64,000 nt of DNA, from contig DF237066.1 in assembly GCA_000708835.1 (NCBI GenBank), positions 62,001 through 126,000 of the forward strand. Reading direction: 5' to 3'. Numbering within the stretch: position 1 is the first letter of the stretch; every line of letters starts with the position of its first letter. Positions 10,097 to 22,897 of the stretch are shown here, piece by piece. Source of the stretch: Klebsormidium nitens (taxonomy: Eukaryota; Plantae; Klebsormidiophyceae). The notes under the pieces are model-generated. The model worked only from the letters and a program-made list of their open reading frames with translations. It had not been told where the DNA came from and did no database searches. Made by a program: the position numbers and the translations under genes.

Positions 10097-13000
10097 TCAG
10101 GGTGCGTTTTCTTGAAGAGTCTCCGTTTCCTCGATCACCGCAAGTTCCGTCAAAAGCAGACTTGTCTTCTGCAATGCCTTCGGAAGCTCCGCCATAACCT
10201 GTAGCATGGCCCGAAGGAACAACTTGATAAACGTGCCTGAAACGAGTGTGTGTACACTTTTGTCTGAGCTTTCTGCATAGTAGATTCACCACACTACAGG
10301 CCCATGTGGAAGAAGCTCATTGCCTGCCTTCGGTGCAAGTACTGAAGAGAGGACGTTTCGGACATCTCACCGGCAGAAAGAATCATGTGGAGCGCCTGAA
10401 GATACTACTCGTCGCTGATGTCAAACCCGGCGAAAAAACAAAATCGTTTCAGAACCGCTGTATAAATCAAGAAGCATTTCGGACTGCGCCCCGAAGTTCG
10501 GCGTCGCTCTCCATCCGATTGACGGCTCGGGATTCATGCAAATCCAATTAATCCTGTGGTTGTGGTCAAGGAGGTGCTTCCGTCAAATGCCAATCAACCA
10601 AGTCCTGCCAATACCACTCGAACATTAGGAGTCCTGAAGGTAATCTGAAGCTGATTCAAAACACTTTGAAAACTCCTCAAAACATCCCTTGCCACTCACC
10701 TCTTCTCGAGCCTCGCCCCCCTCGAGCGCGTTCCCCGCTTCGTTCATTGCCGTCACGAAGCGCTTGAGAGGATTCTGCGCATGCTCCGGGTAGTCCCGGT
10801 AGAAGCGCACCGCCTGCGCCTCCCGCATCAGCGGCAGGAGTTCTAGGGCTTTGGACCCAATGCGCATGCCTGCACAGTAAGAAGGTACCGGAATCAGTCC
10901 ATTGCACTCTAGGGTTTAGAATCGTCCGTGCTCTTGCGGTCTCGTCAAAGACCCTGTTCCTGTAGAAGCGCACCGCCTGCACCTCGCGCATCAGCGGCAG
11001 AAGCTCTAGTTCTTTGGACCCAATGCGCATGCCTGCACGGGAAGCAGATACCGAGCTTTGTCTGTCGCAAGTCTACTTGTGTGTTGTAACTGTCTCGTGG
11101 AGACCTTTTCCGGTAAAAGCGAACTGCCGCCTCGCACATAGCGATTGAAGAGCATTGGATATGATGCGCAATCAAGTAACTGAACTTGGTAAAATGGACC
11201 TAGGATCTCAAGAATCCTTTATAGATCCTATCTCTACGTTGTCTTTATCTCGGAACAATACTTGCAAGCGCCCTTGCAATGCCTACTCTGAACCCTAAAT
11301 GAACATATGCCTTTCTTTTGTAGTTTGACAAACGGAACGGCTGAGTACTACAACTGTAGCTGTAGCTGTAGTTTCCTGAGAGCCTGCCTGACGTTCTGAT
11401 CGCCCCCCAAACGCCGAGTCCGGTGCAAATGCCGATCCCTGGAAGAACAAACCGTTTATGAGCGCTTACCTGACGTCAGATGCGTGACGTGGAGGGCAAA
11501 GATGTGCGCGAGCAACTGCTTTTGGGCCGCGCTCGCTTCAGCAGCGTCGAGACTGGTGGCTGCACTCCCGAGCTGATGGATGTACTGCACAGGCAACAGG
11601 ACGACCTGACGTCAGCAATCATATGTCAGGGGCTCGAAGGAAGGCGTTCAATCCACATTGGCAGCGGCGACTCGGAGGCACGGCGACACGCTGCACGGTC
11701 GCCACAAACAGTGCAGGCGCTTGCAATCGAGGGCGATAAAAGGACGGGGAGTACAGATAGTGAGTCGCCAGAAGTATAAAACCTGACGTCAGGCGCCAAG
11801 GGCCTCATGACCAAAGCGCACGCGCACTGGCACAAGAAGACGCCGATGCCAAGGTTCTGAAAACTGTCTGGACACGAATCTGGCGGACCTCCGGTGAAGG
11901 CGCCTTTGACCAGAGGCCGTTCCATGTGTTGCTAGCGCTCTGCGATAACCGTAAGCTGATGGCCTGCCCTTGCATTGGACAAGTAACGACCAGAGCCTCA
12001 GCTATTTCTGGTAACCGTCCGGTTTCAACGGAGCGCTTCGGGCTTTTGCAGTTGAAGCTCGGAAACCGAAATCAGAATCTGTTTCAAAGGCAACTCCAGT
12101 CGTGCTTGCAGTGCGTCCAACCGGACGAGCCTGCTATCCAAGCCACCGCGAAAACGAGGCTCTCAAACATGCTCGAAGAGAGCCCGTATACCAGAAGAAA
12201 GCACGTTTTCTTCGCACACGGAAAGCATTGAAGGTTGACTCAAACACATTTTCACCATACAGGAAACTGAAAGTTGAGCCACTAGAGGCAAGTCACCTTG
12301 GCATATGCCTGCGTCTGAGTGGTGGGCTCCGGCACGAGCCGCCCATCCCGCGGCCCCGCCCGCAGCCCCTTCTTCTTCATGGTGTAAATAAGCACCGCTA
12401 TGTCCTCCGCAAGCGCCGTTTCGCGATTCAATCCCAACTCGGTGCTGAAGAGCCGGATCGCCGGACACACGGGCGCCGCCGCTTCGATTGCGGATTCTAG
12501 TACCCGGTGGATGCATCGCTGCAAAGAGAGAACCGTGTCAGTTCACCGCCGGAAATGCTAGCTTAGGGTTCGCTTCATGTGGCACTCATGGCGAATACAG
12601 ATATGCCGTTTCTGGAACGAAGAGCAGAATCGCTGGAAACACGGGCGCGGCCGCTTCGATTGCGTCTTCTAGTGTCTGGTGGATGCATCTCTGTGGGGTT
12701 GGCAGATATCGTGTCAATTCACTGCCGAGAGTGCAGCTTAAGGTTCGCATAAGGATAGAGGCTTTGGCCGTCGTTATTGAGATTTGCCGTCTCACAAATG
12801 GAGAGCAGGACCTCCGGGCAGAAGGGCGCCGCGGCTGCAAATGTGGACTCTGATACCCGATGAACGCATCGCTGCAAGAGATAACCTTGACAGTTCACTG
12901 CCGAAGTGCAGCTAAAGGTTCGCTTCTGGTGGCACTCATGGCGAATGGAGGCTCTGGCCTTCGGAAATGAGATTAGCCAGTGTTCAACCGGATAGCAGAA

Positions 13001-15481
13001 ACGCCGGGTAGACGGGCGCCGCCGCTTCGATCGCCGCTTCTAGTATCCGGTGGATGCATCGCTGCGGGGTCCGTAGAGATCACGTCAGTTCACTGCCGAA
13101 AAATGTAGATTAGGGTTCGCTTCATGTGGTACTCATGGCGAATAGAGCCGTTTTTGAAACGGAGAGCAGAACCTAACGCCGCCGCTTCCATCGCGGATTC
13201 GACAATACAATGGATGCACGGCTGCGGGGTCAACAGAGAGACCAAGTCAATTCACTGCCGAAAGTGCAGCTTAGGGTTTGCATCATCTGGCATTCATGGC
13301 GGATAGAGGCTCTGGTTATAGTTCTTGAGAATTGCCTTTTTTGAGAAGGAGAGCAGAACCGCCGGGCAGACGGGCGCAACGGCTGCAACTGTGGATTGTT
13401 TTGCCCGGTGGATGCACCGTTGCAAGAGCAAATCGTGACCGTCGAGGGCTCGAAGTGAGAAGACCGTATTCGTTAATGGGGAGAAGTGAGAAAACGTGTT
13501 CGTTGATGGCGAGAAGAGCAGCTTTCTGTCAGGTAGGAACTGTTAGTAGAGGGCCTTCAGTCGGGATCGAGCGATGTTTTTATTCGAAAAACGAGCGAGT
13601 GAGGTCCAGAGCAGCATTGAGGACGGCTTGAAGCAGATCACTCCTACTCGAGTCCTCCAAGGACGGGATTGACGCCGCTGAGACAAAGAATATCTTCCTG
13701 AAGTGAGAATAAGTAACACAACAATCTGAATCACTACCCAGATCAACCATATATTGTAAGTGTGACTACTACTAGAGTCCTCAAAAGCAGGAAGTGAAGC
13801 GGATGAGACAAATGTAATCCATCTCGAAGCATAGAAAGGACGGAGAGAGTGAATACAACAGTCCGGAGCACTAACCAGATCAACCAAATATTGTAAGTAC
13901 CGCCGCACGCCGAAGCGCCATCGCGTGAAGTCCGGGATGGGCTTTGCGGTGGCCACCCGGAGCTCGCCGCTCGTCTCGAGGAGCGCCAGCCGCCGCGCTA
14001 GTTGCTCGTAGAACAGGCCGGACTCGTCGGCAGGGGTGAACGCCGGGCTGAAACTTTTGACCTGCGAATTAGTAGCATTGAGACGGATTTTGAAAGGTTC
14101 GTCTTGAGGAGCGCCAGCCACCACGCTAGTGATTTGAAAACAGGCCTGACTCGTCGGCAGGGGTAAACGCAGTGCTGAAGCTTTTTACCTGCAGGTTTGT
14201 AGGACAAGTTTGAAGGCTCGTCCATGATAGGAATATGTGGTGAGAATCGAGCTCCAAAGTGAGAAGCGGCTTGACTTGGCGGCAGGGGTATGCGACGCTT
14301 CTTCTGTGGGTAGGAAAGACCAGGACGTTTCCGGAGTTGACCAGATTTCCAGGAGATTGTTTGGAAGACAGTCTGATTGCCACCTTTTGAAAGTCGGATG
14401 ATGCGAACGACGATGACCTAAGACTTGTCGTCAAGCTTAGGTACTGGACTCACTCGAAATAAGAACGATCTATACTCGTCCTTGGATTCAGGTCTCATCA
14501 GAGCTCTACATAGACTTTGACAGAGTGAGAGCTTGTGAACTGAGTTTTGCCTGCCTACGTAGCCTTCCAACCCGTACGTCCGGCATGTCTGAGTGAAAGC
14601 AGACAAAACATTTCCTGGCAGGGAAAGAGATCTGACGCTGTTGAAGAACTGCAACACTGGGTTATACAGGAGCTGTTGGGATATTTTGCACGAGGCGCCT
14701 TGCATGCTATCTGGCGACTTTTGCAGCAAATGCACAACAAGATGGCAAGCCTTCCTCATGCTTTGCAGCTTCAAATTGACTTCGCACATTCGTGCGTAAT
14801 TGTAACGGCAAGAAAGGTGCGTTGAGTGCAGTGCATCCAAAAGGTGTGTCTAGCCGACGGCAATGTCCCTTTCTCAAGCCAACAAACAGAGAGGCCGATG
14901 CCGTGTCAATTGCCCCTGATTTGAAACAGCACCGACATAAAAATGAAGAGAAGCACTTCCAGACAAGCACACACCTTGAGTTTCTCAATTTCAGATTGAT
15001 CGTTCCGCGGATCGCTACCCCACGCCTCGACTTGCACAAAGTCCACCTTCCCCTGGGTCGCCTCCCGGGGGTTCACATTGGCAGAGAAGCCACCCCCCTG
15101 TTTCTTTTCGTCAGCCTCGACCACCCGAAGTGCTTTGCTCACAATCTCTTCCTGACTAAAACTTTGCCCCTCATGGCTCTGCTTACTGCCGCTTTCCTTT
15201 TTCTTGCTCTTTTTCTCTCCGGGAGGGGGATCAGAGCCTAGTAGTCGCCCCGTCCTAGCGCGTACTGCGGTGGACCTTTGAGGTCGCAAGCGTCTCGGGG
15301 TGTTTGACTGGTCTGTCGGGATGCAAGTGCTTCCCCCGATGAAGCTGGCTGGACTACAGGCTATGGATGGCTGTGGAGCGGCACAAGCTACTGGTGGTCT
15401 TTGCGCTGCGGACGGCCAGGGGAGAAAAGTGCTGCAGGCGAAGCGGCAGGGGTCCAATCTTAGGGCAGACAACGCCATCAT
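10097..15481 (-). CDS. Heme oxygenase-fold protein, probably plastid-targeted and catalytically divergent (433 aa)
   Basis: Exons 14975-15481, 13876-14061, 12297-12518, 11470-11584, 10700-10869, 10097-10198 total 1302 nt with consistent phases. It aligns by eye to plant HO1: RYLQYLVDL~GYLRFLVDS, GLNRETALAEDI~GLERAEKLSTDL, EPTTQTQAYAKY~EPTAPGKTYSQY, HLTSGMRIG~HSAGGRMIG. The N-terminus is Ser/Ala/Pro/Arg-rich, like a transit peptide. Confidence 0.8.
10945..11165 (-). repeat. Near-identical and degraded copies of HO-like exon 5 start
   Basis: The copy with an acceptor before 11032 differs from the real exon start (10869) at 8 of the first 77 nt. A more decayed copy lies at ~11105-11165. Confidence 0.85.
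12540..13430 (-). repeat. Five-unit tandem array (~160-200 bp) copying HO-like exon 3 acceptor junction
   Basis: The anchor GCCGCTTCGATTGCGGATTCTAGTACCCGGTGGATGCATCGCTGC recurs near 12680, 12860, 13050, 13210 and 13410, together with the intronic GTTCACTGCCG...TTAGGGTTCGCTTCATGTGGCACTCATGGCG block. Confidence 0.9.
14095..14300 (-). repeat. Echo copies of HO-like exon 2 start
   Basis: GAGCGCCAGCC...GACTCGTCGGCAGGGGT...CTTTTTACCTGCAG at 14108-14195, with a remnant at ~14265-14295. The exon 2 end is also echoed at ~13735-13760. Confidence 0.75.
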
Positions 15482-16754
15482 TCTTCGAAGCAGCGTACCT
15501 GGAAAAATGTAGTTGTCCCTACTCAGTCGAATAAGGCTTGCATCCCTTGCTCAACCGTTCAGCGTTGATTGCGGCAAAACTGAAACATGGAACGGTTCAA
15601 ATCTACCCTTAAAACGAAGCTTTTGAATGGACATTGTGCCACCCGGGAGTGGGGTCGCAATGCACAAGAGCAAGGTGCGGTATACTACCGAAAATGCACT
15701 TCTTCTTCAAACCTCGAGAGTTTTGAAGACACTGGGCGGATTGGGCCCGCATCAGATTGATTTTGTTAAGTTGTATTGAGCTTCAATGGTAGGGTTAGGA
15801 AAGATTCTATGGTGGTCATGGGTGCGGAGCGCAAGTAATTCTCAGGTGTTAGGTTTTTTCGTCTTTGCTTCATTTTCACGATAAGTTGATCTTATTACAA
15901 AAGGCTATTCTAGAGAATGCGGCATCCCTGAGCCTAAAATAGCTTGCAGTAAAAGACTTTAAGTTTGGGGCAATGCATGAACGGCCTTACGGGCATATGC
16001 TTACCCAGTAACAGTGATGGCGCACCGTCCTTGCACGTAAAAGTGGTGCCCTTTGCTAATTTGAGGCACCCTTGAGGAAACCAAAACAGACAGGGACTAC
16101 CTACTGCGCTAAAAGTGCACCATGATTCAATGGGTGATGATCTTGTTGCTCATTGCAAGTGAAGACATACCTACCTGAAAGGCATACTGTAGGTGCCCAT
16201 TGGGCCAAGAGGAATTGCAACTAGGCATGAGGGGACAGCAAGATTCCGGCCCGTGCCTGGAGATACTCACGAGTTATGGCCCGTCGATAGCGTCCACATG
16301 GACAAGCGGGCCACGTGGGTATTATCGACGGCGCCGAATGGACACGTGCTAGGGGAGTGCCCATCAGTCTTCAGTCCATAGTCTGAGCAGCACTCGCTTT
16401 TCTGCCGCTCGAGATGGTCAGTAGGTACCTACGACCGTACAACCAGCCAATAAAGGGACAGGACGACATTGAATGCCAAAAATTAGGACATCATCCTGAA
16501 CATACACTATACCTACTACCTAGTTAAATAGAGACTGATCGATCATTCATTTTTGAATTTCGAATCCAAGTTCCGGATCATCTGAAGGAGCCCCCGGTAC
16601 TTTTCACACTTGGATTCTACGTAGTCAAACGGAATACAAACACGTACCAGGTATCCATACGGGCCACAATTCGAAAAACTTTAGTTGGCATTGACCTTGA
16701 GTATGATCTCCAAGAAAGCACATTCCATGATCTGCTAATATATTCCGAGGTTAA

Positions 16755-17170
16755 CACAGGGAGGATGGGACGCGAACCGGGGCCCGGTTTAGCCCCGGTT
16801 CGGCCCCAGATTCTGCACAAACCGGGATCAAACCGAGGCGAAACCGGGGCAGGGCTCGCCCCGGTTTTCTTGCCGTTTTTCCGGGGCGGGTTTGCAGGAA
16901 ACCGGGGCGCCCAGGGGCGCCCAGGTTCCGGCCCGGTTTCCTGGGCACGGTTGTAAGAATCCGGGGCCGGTTTACATGCAACACGTTGTATGTTGTAGCG
17001 AAACCGGGGCGCTGTGGTTCCGTGAAACCGGGGCGGTTCTAGCAAACCCGTGACGGTTTCATCGGAACCGGGTTCCTCGGTGCAGTTCAACCGGGACCGT
17101 ATACTAGCTGGGTTTGCTGACAACCGGGGTGCACGATTTACCAACAACCGGACCGATAGCAGACCGGTTT
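16755..17170 (+). repeat. Left TIR and subterminal repeat region (AACCGGGGC in both orientations)
   Basis: Many (A)AACCGGGGC and GCCCCGGTT motifs within ~400 bp. Confidence 0.85.
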
Positions 17171-17757
17171 CCAAAATGAGAAGAGAGTTGAGGGGTGACT
17201 GGGCACATGGCAAGTTGTTCTAATCGATTGAATCAATATTTATATAAGGTCGCTTTCAGTTCGCACCTTGTGCGTGCTGAACAGGCGTGGTCCTTCTATG
17301 GCTGCTCTCAGGCTAGAAACATAAGTCCTGTAATTAGCTTCCTTAGTAGAACAAACGGACAGACTCTCTTCTAGTCGCATAAACGCCTAAGCCAGCGCAC
17401 CCACAAGCGCTTAGCGGTCGCGCGAACTGGTCCCCGTCAATCTAGGTCTCAATCCTGCAGAATGAATGGGTGTATGATTCAGTAAATCTGATCCGCGCCA
17501 CTGCTTGTTCCGCGCCCGTTCCAGGAGAAGTCGGAAATAGACGCCGAGCAGAAGAAACGGCGGCCAGAACTAAAAAGAGCACTACGCTTGTTAAGTACAT
17601 GTCCGATTGCCATGATAATTCAGCTATGACAAGTCGTACGACCAGCTTTGAATGAGTTCTTGCATGACGCATTGCATGTGGCTTCAAGAAACAAATCTTG
17701 TACCGTCTGCAATGGACATTTCTTCGCGGAATTGCAAGACTTAGGTCAGGCATAACC

Positions 17758-20700
17758 TTACTTTTTGATCCGTAGTACACGCATCCCGCGGGCTTGAGGC
17801 AGCGGGGGCGCCGGGGGTAGCTGGTCCGCGGGGAAGTGCTGAACCATCATAGCATACGCCCGGTGCTTCTCCACTGCCTCCTTGTACTCCGCCTGCTTCT
17901 CATCGGTGACCTCGAGCGTCCCGCTCCTCAGGAGCTCCTGAATTCCGAACGTTTCAAGCGATTCAGTCGACTCAAACTTGCGTCCATTTGATTGCAGGAT
18001 TTGCAGGGGCCTTACGGCGGATCGAGGTCAATGCGTCAGTACGTACAAGGTCATCAAATTTGACCCGCACAAGTCACTCAGGCAAAGGGCCCTAGTTTGC
18101 ACTGAAGGGATGAGTGGAGCAGAGCACCTAACAGTTCAGGACTCGACCTCGATTGCTACACTCGCAGGACTTAATTCAAAACTTGAGTACTTACTTCGAT
18201 CTGTAGGTTTGCGTAGTCTCTTTCCTTCGTGTAGAGAATGGGAGCTTTTTCGTAGGACATGCTCTTCTGGTCGAGGAAGCTTCTAACAAGAGTATCCTGG
18301 TTCATGCCTGCGGTGAAGAAGTTGACGTGTCAGGTCTCGTGAAAACGTTCTCAAGCAGTTGAAGTTGATGGCCTGCCTCAATTCTTGAACGACAAGCAGA
18401 AACTGATGACCGGAGCAAAGCTTCGAGGCAGCAGCTTCATGATGAGAACTTATGACGGTCACTCACCCTTTGATGTGCACGGAACAACTCCACGAAGATA
18501 CTGCGTAAACTCCTCCCGCGCATGGTCTTCTTGCTGCCGCTGCGAGACATTGCCCTTGACGTTCTGATCGGCGTCCGATCTGGTCACGTCCTGCTTGCCG
18601 CTGCTGCCCGCCTTTCCGTCCGTCTTCGTCAGGGGGACCTTGCAGAGATAGGACATCAAGCCTACTTAATCTCGTGCATTGACTTTTCGTTCACAAAATT
18701 CTGAAGCTTGATGTCCATGGGGCACCGTACTGCTTATGGCAGAGATGCAATGATTGATGTCCAACCTGCAGAGCCCGATCAATTGGATCTTCAATGGGTC
18801 GGATATCAGTTGACCATGACTACATGGTTCCTGAGCGATTCTCAAACTATCTGCGGCAGATTGGACAGGAGCTGCAGACCTGTGCAACTTACTACGAGAT
18901 GGATCCATAAGCTAAAAATTTGGATCGGTGAGTACTTCGTGCACATGATCATATAGGGTCTTTCTTTACCCAGTGCTTTCACGAGAAAGCCCAGTCCCTT
19001 GCACAAAAACAGCTTCAGCTTACCTTGGCTTTCGATAGTACACTCGCTTTTAGTTCGACGTCATCAACGCACAGGGCTCGGACTCTCCAGTCGTCTGGTA
19101 CCATCGCCTCTCTTTTCTTGACGCACGTTAACGCATACACCCGAAGGAGGTCGTCCCGTTTTCTTTTTCCCAGTTCCGACTTCTTGTAGATTCCATTGGA
19201 GCTCAATTTTTCCACGAGATGGCTATGCTTCACCTGCGGAGACAGGTGGAAGGTGGCCATAAACATTCCGTGGAGCTTAAAAGGGCGGAGCAGATTTGAC
19301 TACAAGGTTCGTTCAAGTCAGCTTCCTGTTCGATGTTTCTAGAAGCAAGAACTGAGCCTTCAATAGAGCATTATCCGGTTGGTCTTTCGGGCAGTTGTAG
19401 GGAAAAACGGTCGGGAGCTTATCTACATTAAAGGTTTCATCCCTGTGCACATAATTTGGGATTGGGGTCAGCACCTTTTCGCATCTGGGAGCTCTTACTG
19501 TATTCAATGCACGTTGGTGTGAATAACCTGGATTCCGATCTAAAGAACTTGGATGCAATGGTCGCATTGATTGGAACCAAAGTTGACTCGGTGCTCCGAT
19601 TTCAACTAAAGTCAGAGCACCATGTCAAGGACAAAGCAATCTCACCTAATTGGCAGACGACAAGCCCAAGCAGAGACGAGCCACGAGACCGAAATTTCCT
19701 TTTTCGACAGCGGTAATCTCCGTTTTCAACTCCTCTTCGATCTCACAGTCGCTTTCCGATTCGTCGTCGTCCATGCCGTCCCCTTTACCGTCTGACTCCT
19801 GACTTGATTCTGAACCTTCATAACTGCGTTGAGGGGATTCGGGAAGAGGCTCTTTCTTGGACCGGATGCAAGCACCATCGCAGATGTTTGGATTTTGACA
19901 GTCTCCCGCGTGTTCCGTGTATTTTTTGGGCATGACGATATTTCGTTTCGGTCTCTTCTTTGCTAAATTTTCGTCAGAGGGCGGGGGCGGAGGCGGGGGA
20001 GGGGGGGAAGGCAGCGGATCTGAGGGTTCGAGACGTTGGGACAGCGCGGCGGGGGCTTGTTCCTCAGCCGGTGTTGAAGCTAGCGGCTCTGCTGTCTGAG
20101 CACCGACCTGGATTGGTGCGGATGCGTTCTGACCGTTGGGTTCTCTCTTGGAAGTGTTTGAAGTTGGGAGCGCCTGCAGCCAGGTTCGAGACACTTGAAA
20201 GTCAATGAAAGGCTTCGATTCAGGCAGCCCTAGACGCGGTTGCAATCCAAAATATATACGCCTTCGGCTGCTAGGGGCTGGCTATGGCTGCCTTGCTTAA
20301 ACTCGGGCAAATAAGCAGACAATCCATCAATCGCGCTGGATCGTCGTCTGACATGGCACTTCTTCCAAGCACCTTGAGAAGTCATTTTGAATGGAGGATA
20401 CACCAGCGGTCTTTGGGATCACGTCTTCAATTCGAAAGGTTTAAGGTTCATGCTGGCACATTATCTACATTCATCCGTGGCACACTCTCTTCATGCAAAG
20501 ATGTATTGACCATATTACGGAGCACCGATCGGCCGCGTCCTTCTGTCCCTGGCAGGCTGACTGATTCGATATCAACTGTTACATTGATCAAGCACCAGCT
20601 CATTATTGTTTTGCAGACCCAAGAAGACTGATGTGATGCTTACTGATGCTTCTTTCTGGTTGTCTGACGGTCCCTCTTCAGAGTTACTGGCCTCTCTCCG

Positions 20701-22897
20701 AGCTGTCTCTTCTCCTTCGTTACCTTTTGCCTACAACAGGTTACAAGTGGGTAATGAGTAGACAATCAATGTTTTCGTATAGAGAAACGCAGGAATAAAT
20801 AATGAGAACGAGCAAGTGCACTGAGCACGACCGGAGTCATCGAATCTCTAAGAGCTGAGAAGCAATCAGCACTTGAGAATTCGAAGGTTAAGGCTTGCAA
20901 TTGTCAACATGCGCGCGCTTCTTACGTTCCCGCCACCGTCAGGGTCTCTTTCGCCTGTGAGCCTTGCAAGCTCGTGTTGGTCGTAAACGTCGGCAGGAGC
21001 CCATGCAGTTGCTGTGTTGGGCCAGTCAACGATTGAGCCCTAATAGATGATAAATGCAGAGGATCAAAAATGGGTACTCAAAGCAGAATAAACAGCCTGG
21101 AAGCGTCTATGCAGGAAGTTGAAGACCGGGTGAAGACCCTATGCAAAGCGATGGACAAACCGATAGGTATATTCAGCTTCACGAACGAGACACAAAAGCT
21201 GCAAGACTTGAGCAACAACAGATAACAGTCGAATGGAGCTCTTCAAAGACGATAGTCGAAAGTCATTCCTTGTTGCGTACCTCTTTGAAGTCATCGTCGA
21301 CTGTATTGAGCGGCATATTCTCTTTCAAGAAAACGCCGGTTGTGTCTAGATCATCCTCGATCCCATCGATCTTCACTGCAAAGTTTCCTGCCTCAGTAGC
21401 TTGACCAGGCGCTGCTACGACCCCACTTCCAAGTTTCACAGGGATGGGAAAGTCCGTGTCTTCCTCGTGCTTGAAACCAAAGAGTAGAATCCGCTGACCC
21501 TCTTTTGGAGCTTGTCGGGGGGGGGACGACGATGTTGACCCGGCAGCATCCTGAGCAAAATGAGAGTTGATGAGGAAGGGAGTCACAGATCCTGCTCATG
21601 CCAACGACATTCATCTCTCGATATTTTTGAAAGGTCAAAGAAACATATCCCCAAGTAGCAGATTGCAATCATCAGATCGTCTGATCGTCTAGAAAGAAAC
21701 CATCATTGAAGCTCATGTTAACAAAACGATTGCCTTTCAAAAGAGACTGTTATAATCGTACCAGCATATTTTGCTTTCGCTTAGAGGCAGCTCTCTTGCT
21801 GCACTCCTTCTTCTTGGCCTGCCGTTCAGGGATGACACGGTCCTTGTGCGTTTCGAACATTGTGCATGCGACATGGCGAAGAGCAGCTGCATAAGCAGAT
21901 CATTTTCGTAAACTTCTATTGAAAGAGCATTTCAGAGGTAAAGACTAGAGTCAACATGCAAAGCCTAGTGCAAATTCAAAGAGGTCTATGAATCATAATC
22001 TGTGAAGAAGCAATATAGGTCAATTACGTCCATATTGCAAACACTTTGAAGATCAAAGAGTCCTCCAAGTTGCATCAGTGTTCTGACATGCAAAAATCTC
22101 CAGCTCAAGCACCACACAAGCTTACATGTAGGCCATGCAACCTCCCGACCGCCCCTGGTGACCAGCCGTCCATTGAACTTTTCCTGGAATTCCAGCAGCG
22201 TTTTCTTTTCAATCCCGTCCAACAGCTCACAATCCTTGGGGTTCTTCTGACAATCCAGATTCTGTAGCCGTTCTTTCTTCATCTTTCCCGCTGCTTCATC
22301 AACGTTCTTCTTCAAGATGGCATAGCAGTGCTGCAGATTTAGAACGAACCGAGCACCACAGGAATCAATCAGGTATCTTGATTTCTTTGCCTTTCTGAAT
22401 ATATCCGAATCAGTGTAATCGTCATCGTCAGCTGCAGCTTGCTTCGTTTCGCTCCCTCTGGTTCGCTTTCCAAAAAGAGAACTGGATGCAGTCGGCCCTT
22501 GGGAGCTTCGCTCAAATGAGCTTCGACCTGAACCTTTTCTGCCCTCTTGAGCTTCTTGCTTTCTCGTGCTGTCTTGCGTGCCATTGGCAGAGAGGCCACC
22601 AGCTTGTACTCCTGATCCCTCCGGTGCAGCTGGTGTTTCCTGGTTAGGTTGCAATTGGTTCCTTACTTTCCTTGCAGCTGCTTTCAATTTTAGCAGCTCC
22701 CCAAGGTTTGGAGCTTCATCTGTTGCGGTCCTGAATAGCTTCAGATGCTCTTCCTCGAGCTCTGAAAACGCCACCCCATCCAGACCTTGGTTAACAATGA
22801 ATTCTGAATACTTGTCATTTCCAAGCAGTTTCCCAACCTCATTCGCGACCTCTTCTGCTGTTTTGTACCCTTGAGTAGAATCGCCACCACGGTCCAT
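17758..22897 (-). CDS. Transposon-borne multi-exon gene with N-terminal SAM-like domain (candidate TnpA-like partner)
   Basis: Phase-compatible exons: 22126-22897, 21762-21886, 21281-21550, 20926-21039, 20644-20730, then ~20173-19700 with unresolved junctions, then 19024-19233, 18467-18638, 18195-18307, 17758-17937. The SAM-like segment is SEFIVNQGLDGVAFSELEEEHLKLF...NLGELLKLKAAAR. Confidence 0.65.

Noticed and set aside
14547-14825. Helical-looking plus-strand ORF inside HO-like intron 1
   Set aside because: It is short, has no recognisable motif or splice context, and is probably chance.
16755-17170. CRISPR-like or iteron-like array
   Set aside because: The motifs are short, occur in both orientations, are irregularly spaced and are mirrored at the other end, so they are transposon subterminal repeats.
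16617-17213. Pro/Gly/Arg-rich ORFs at the element ends (also 33069-33392)
   Set aside because: They are translations of the subterminal CCGG repeats.
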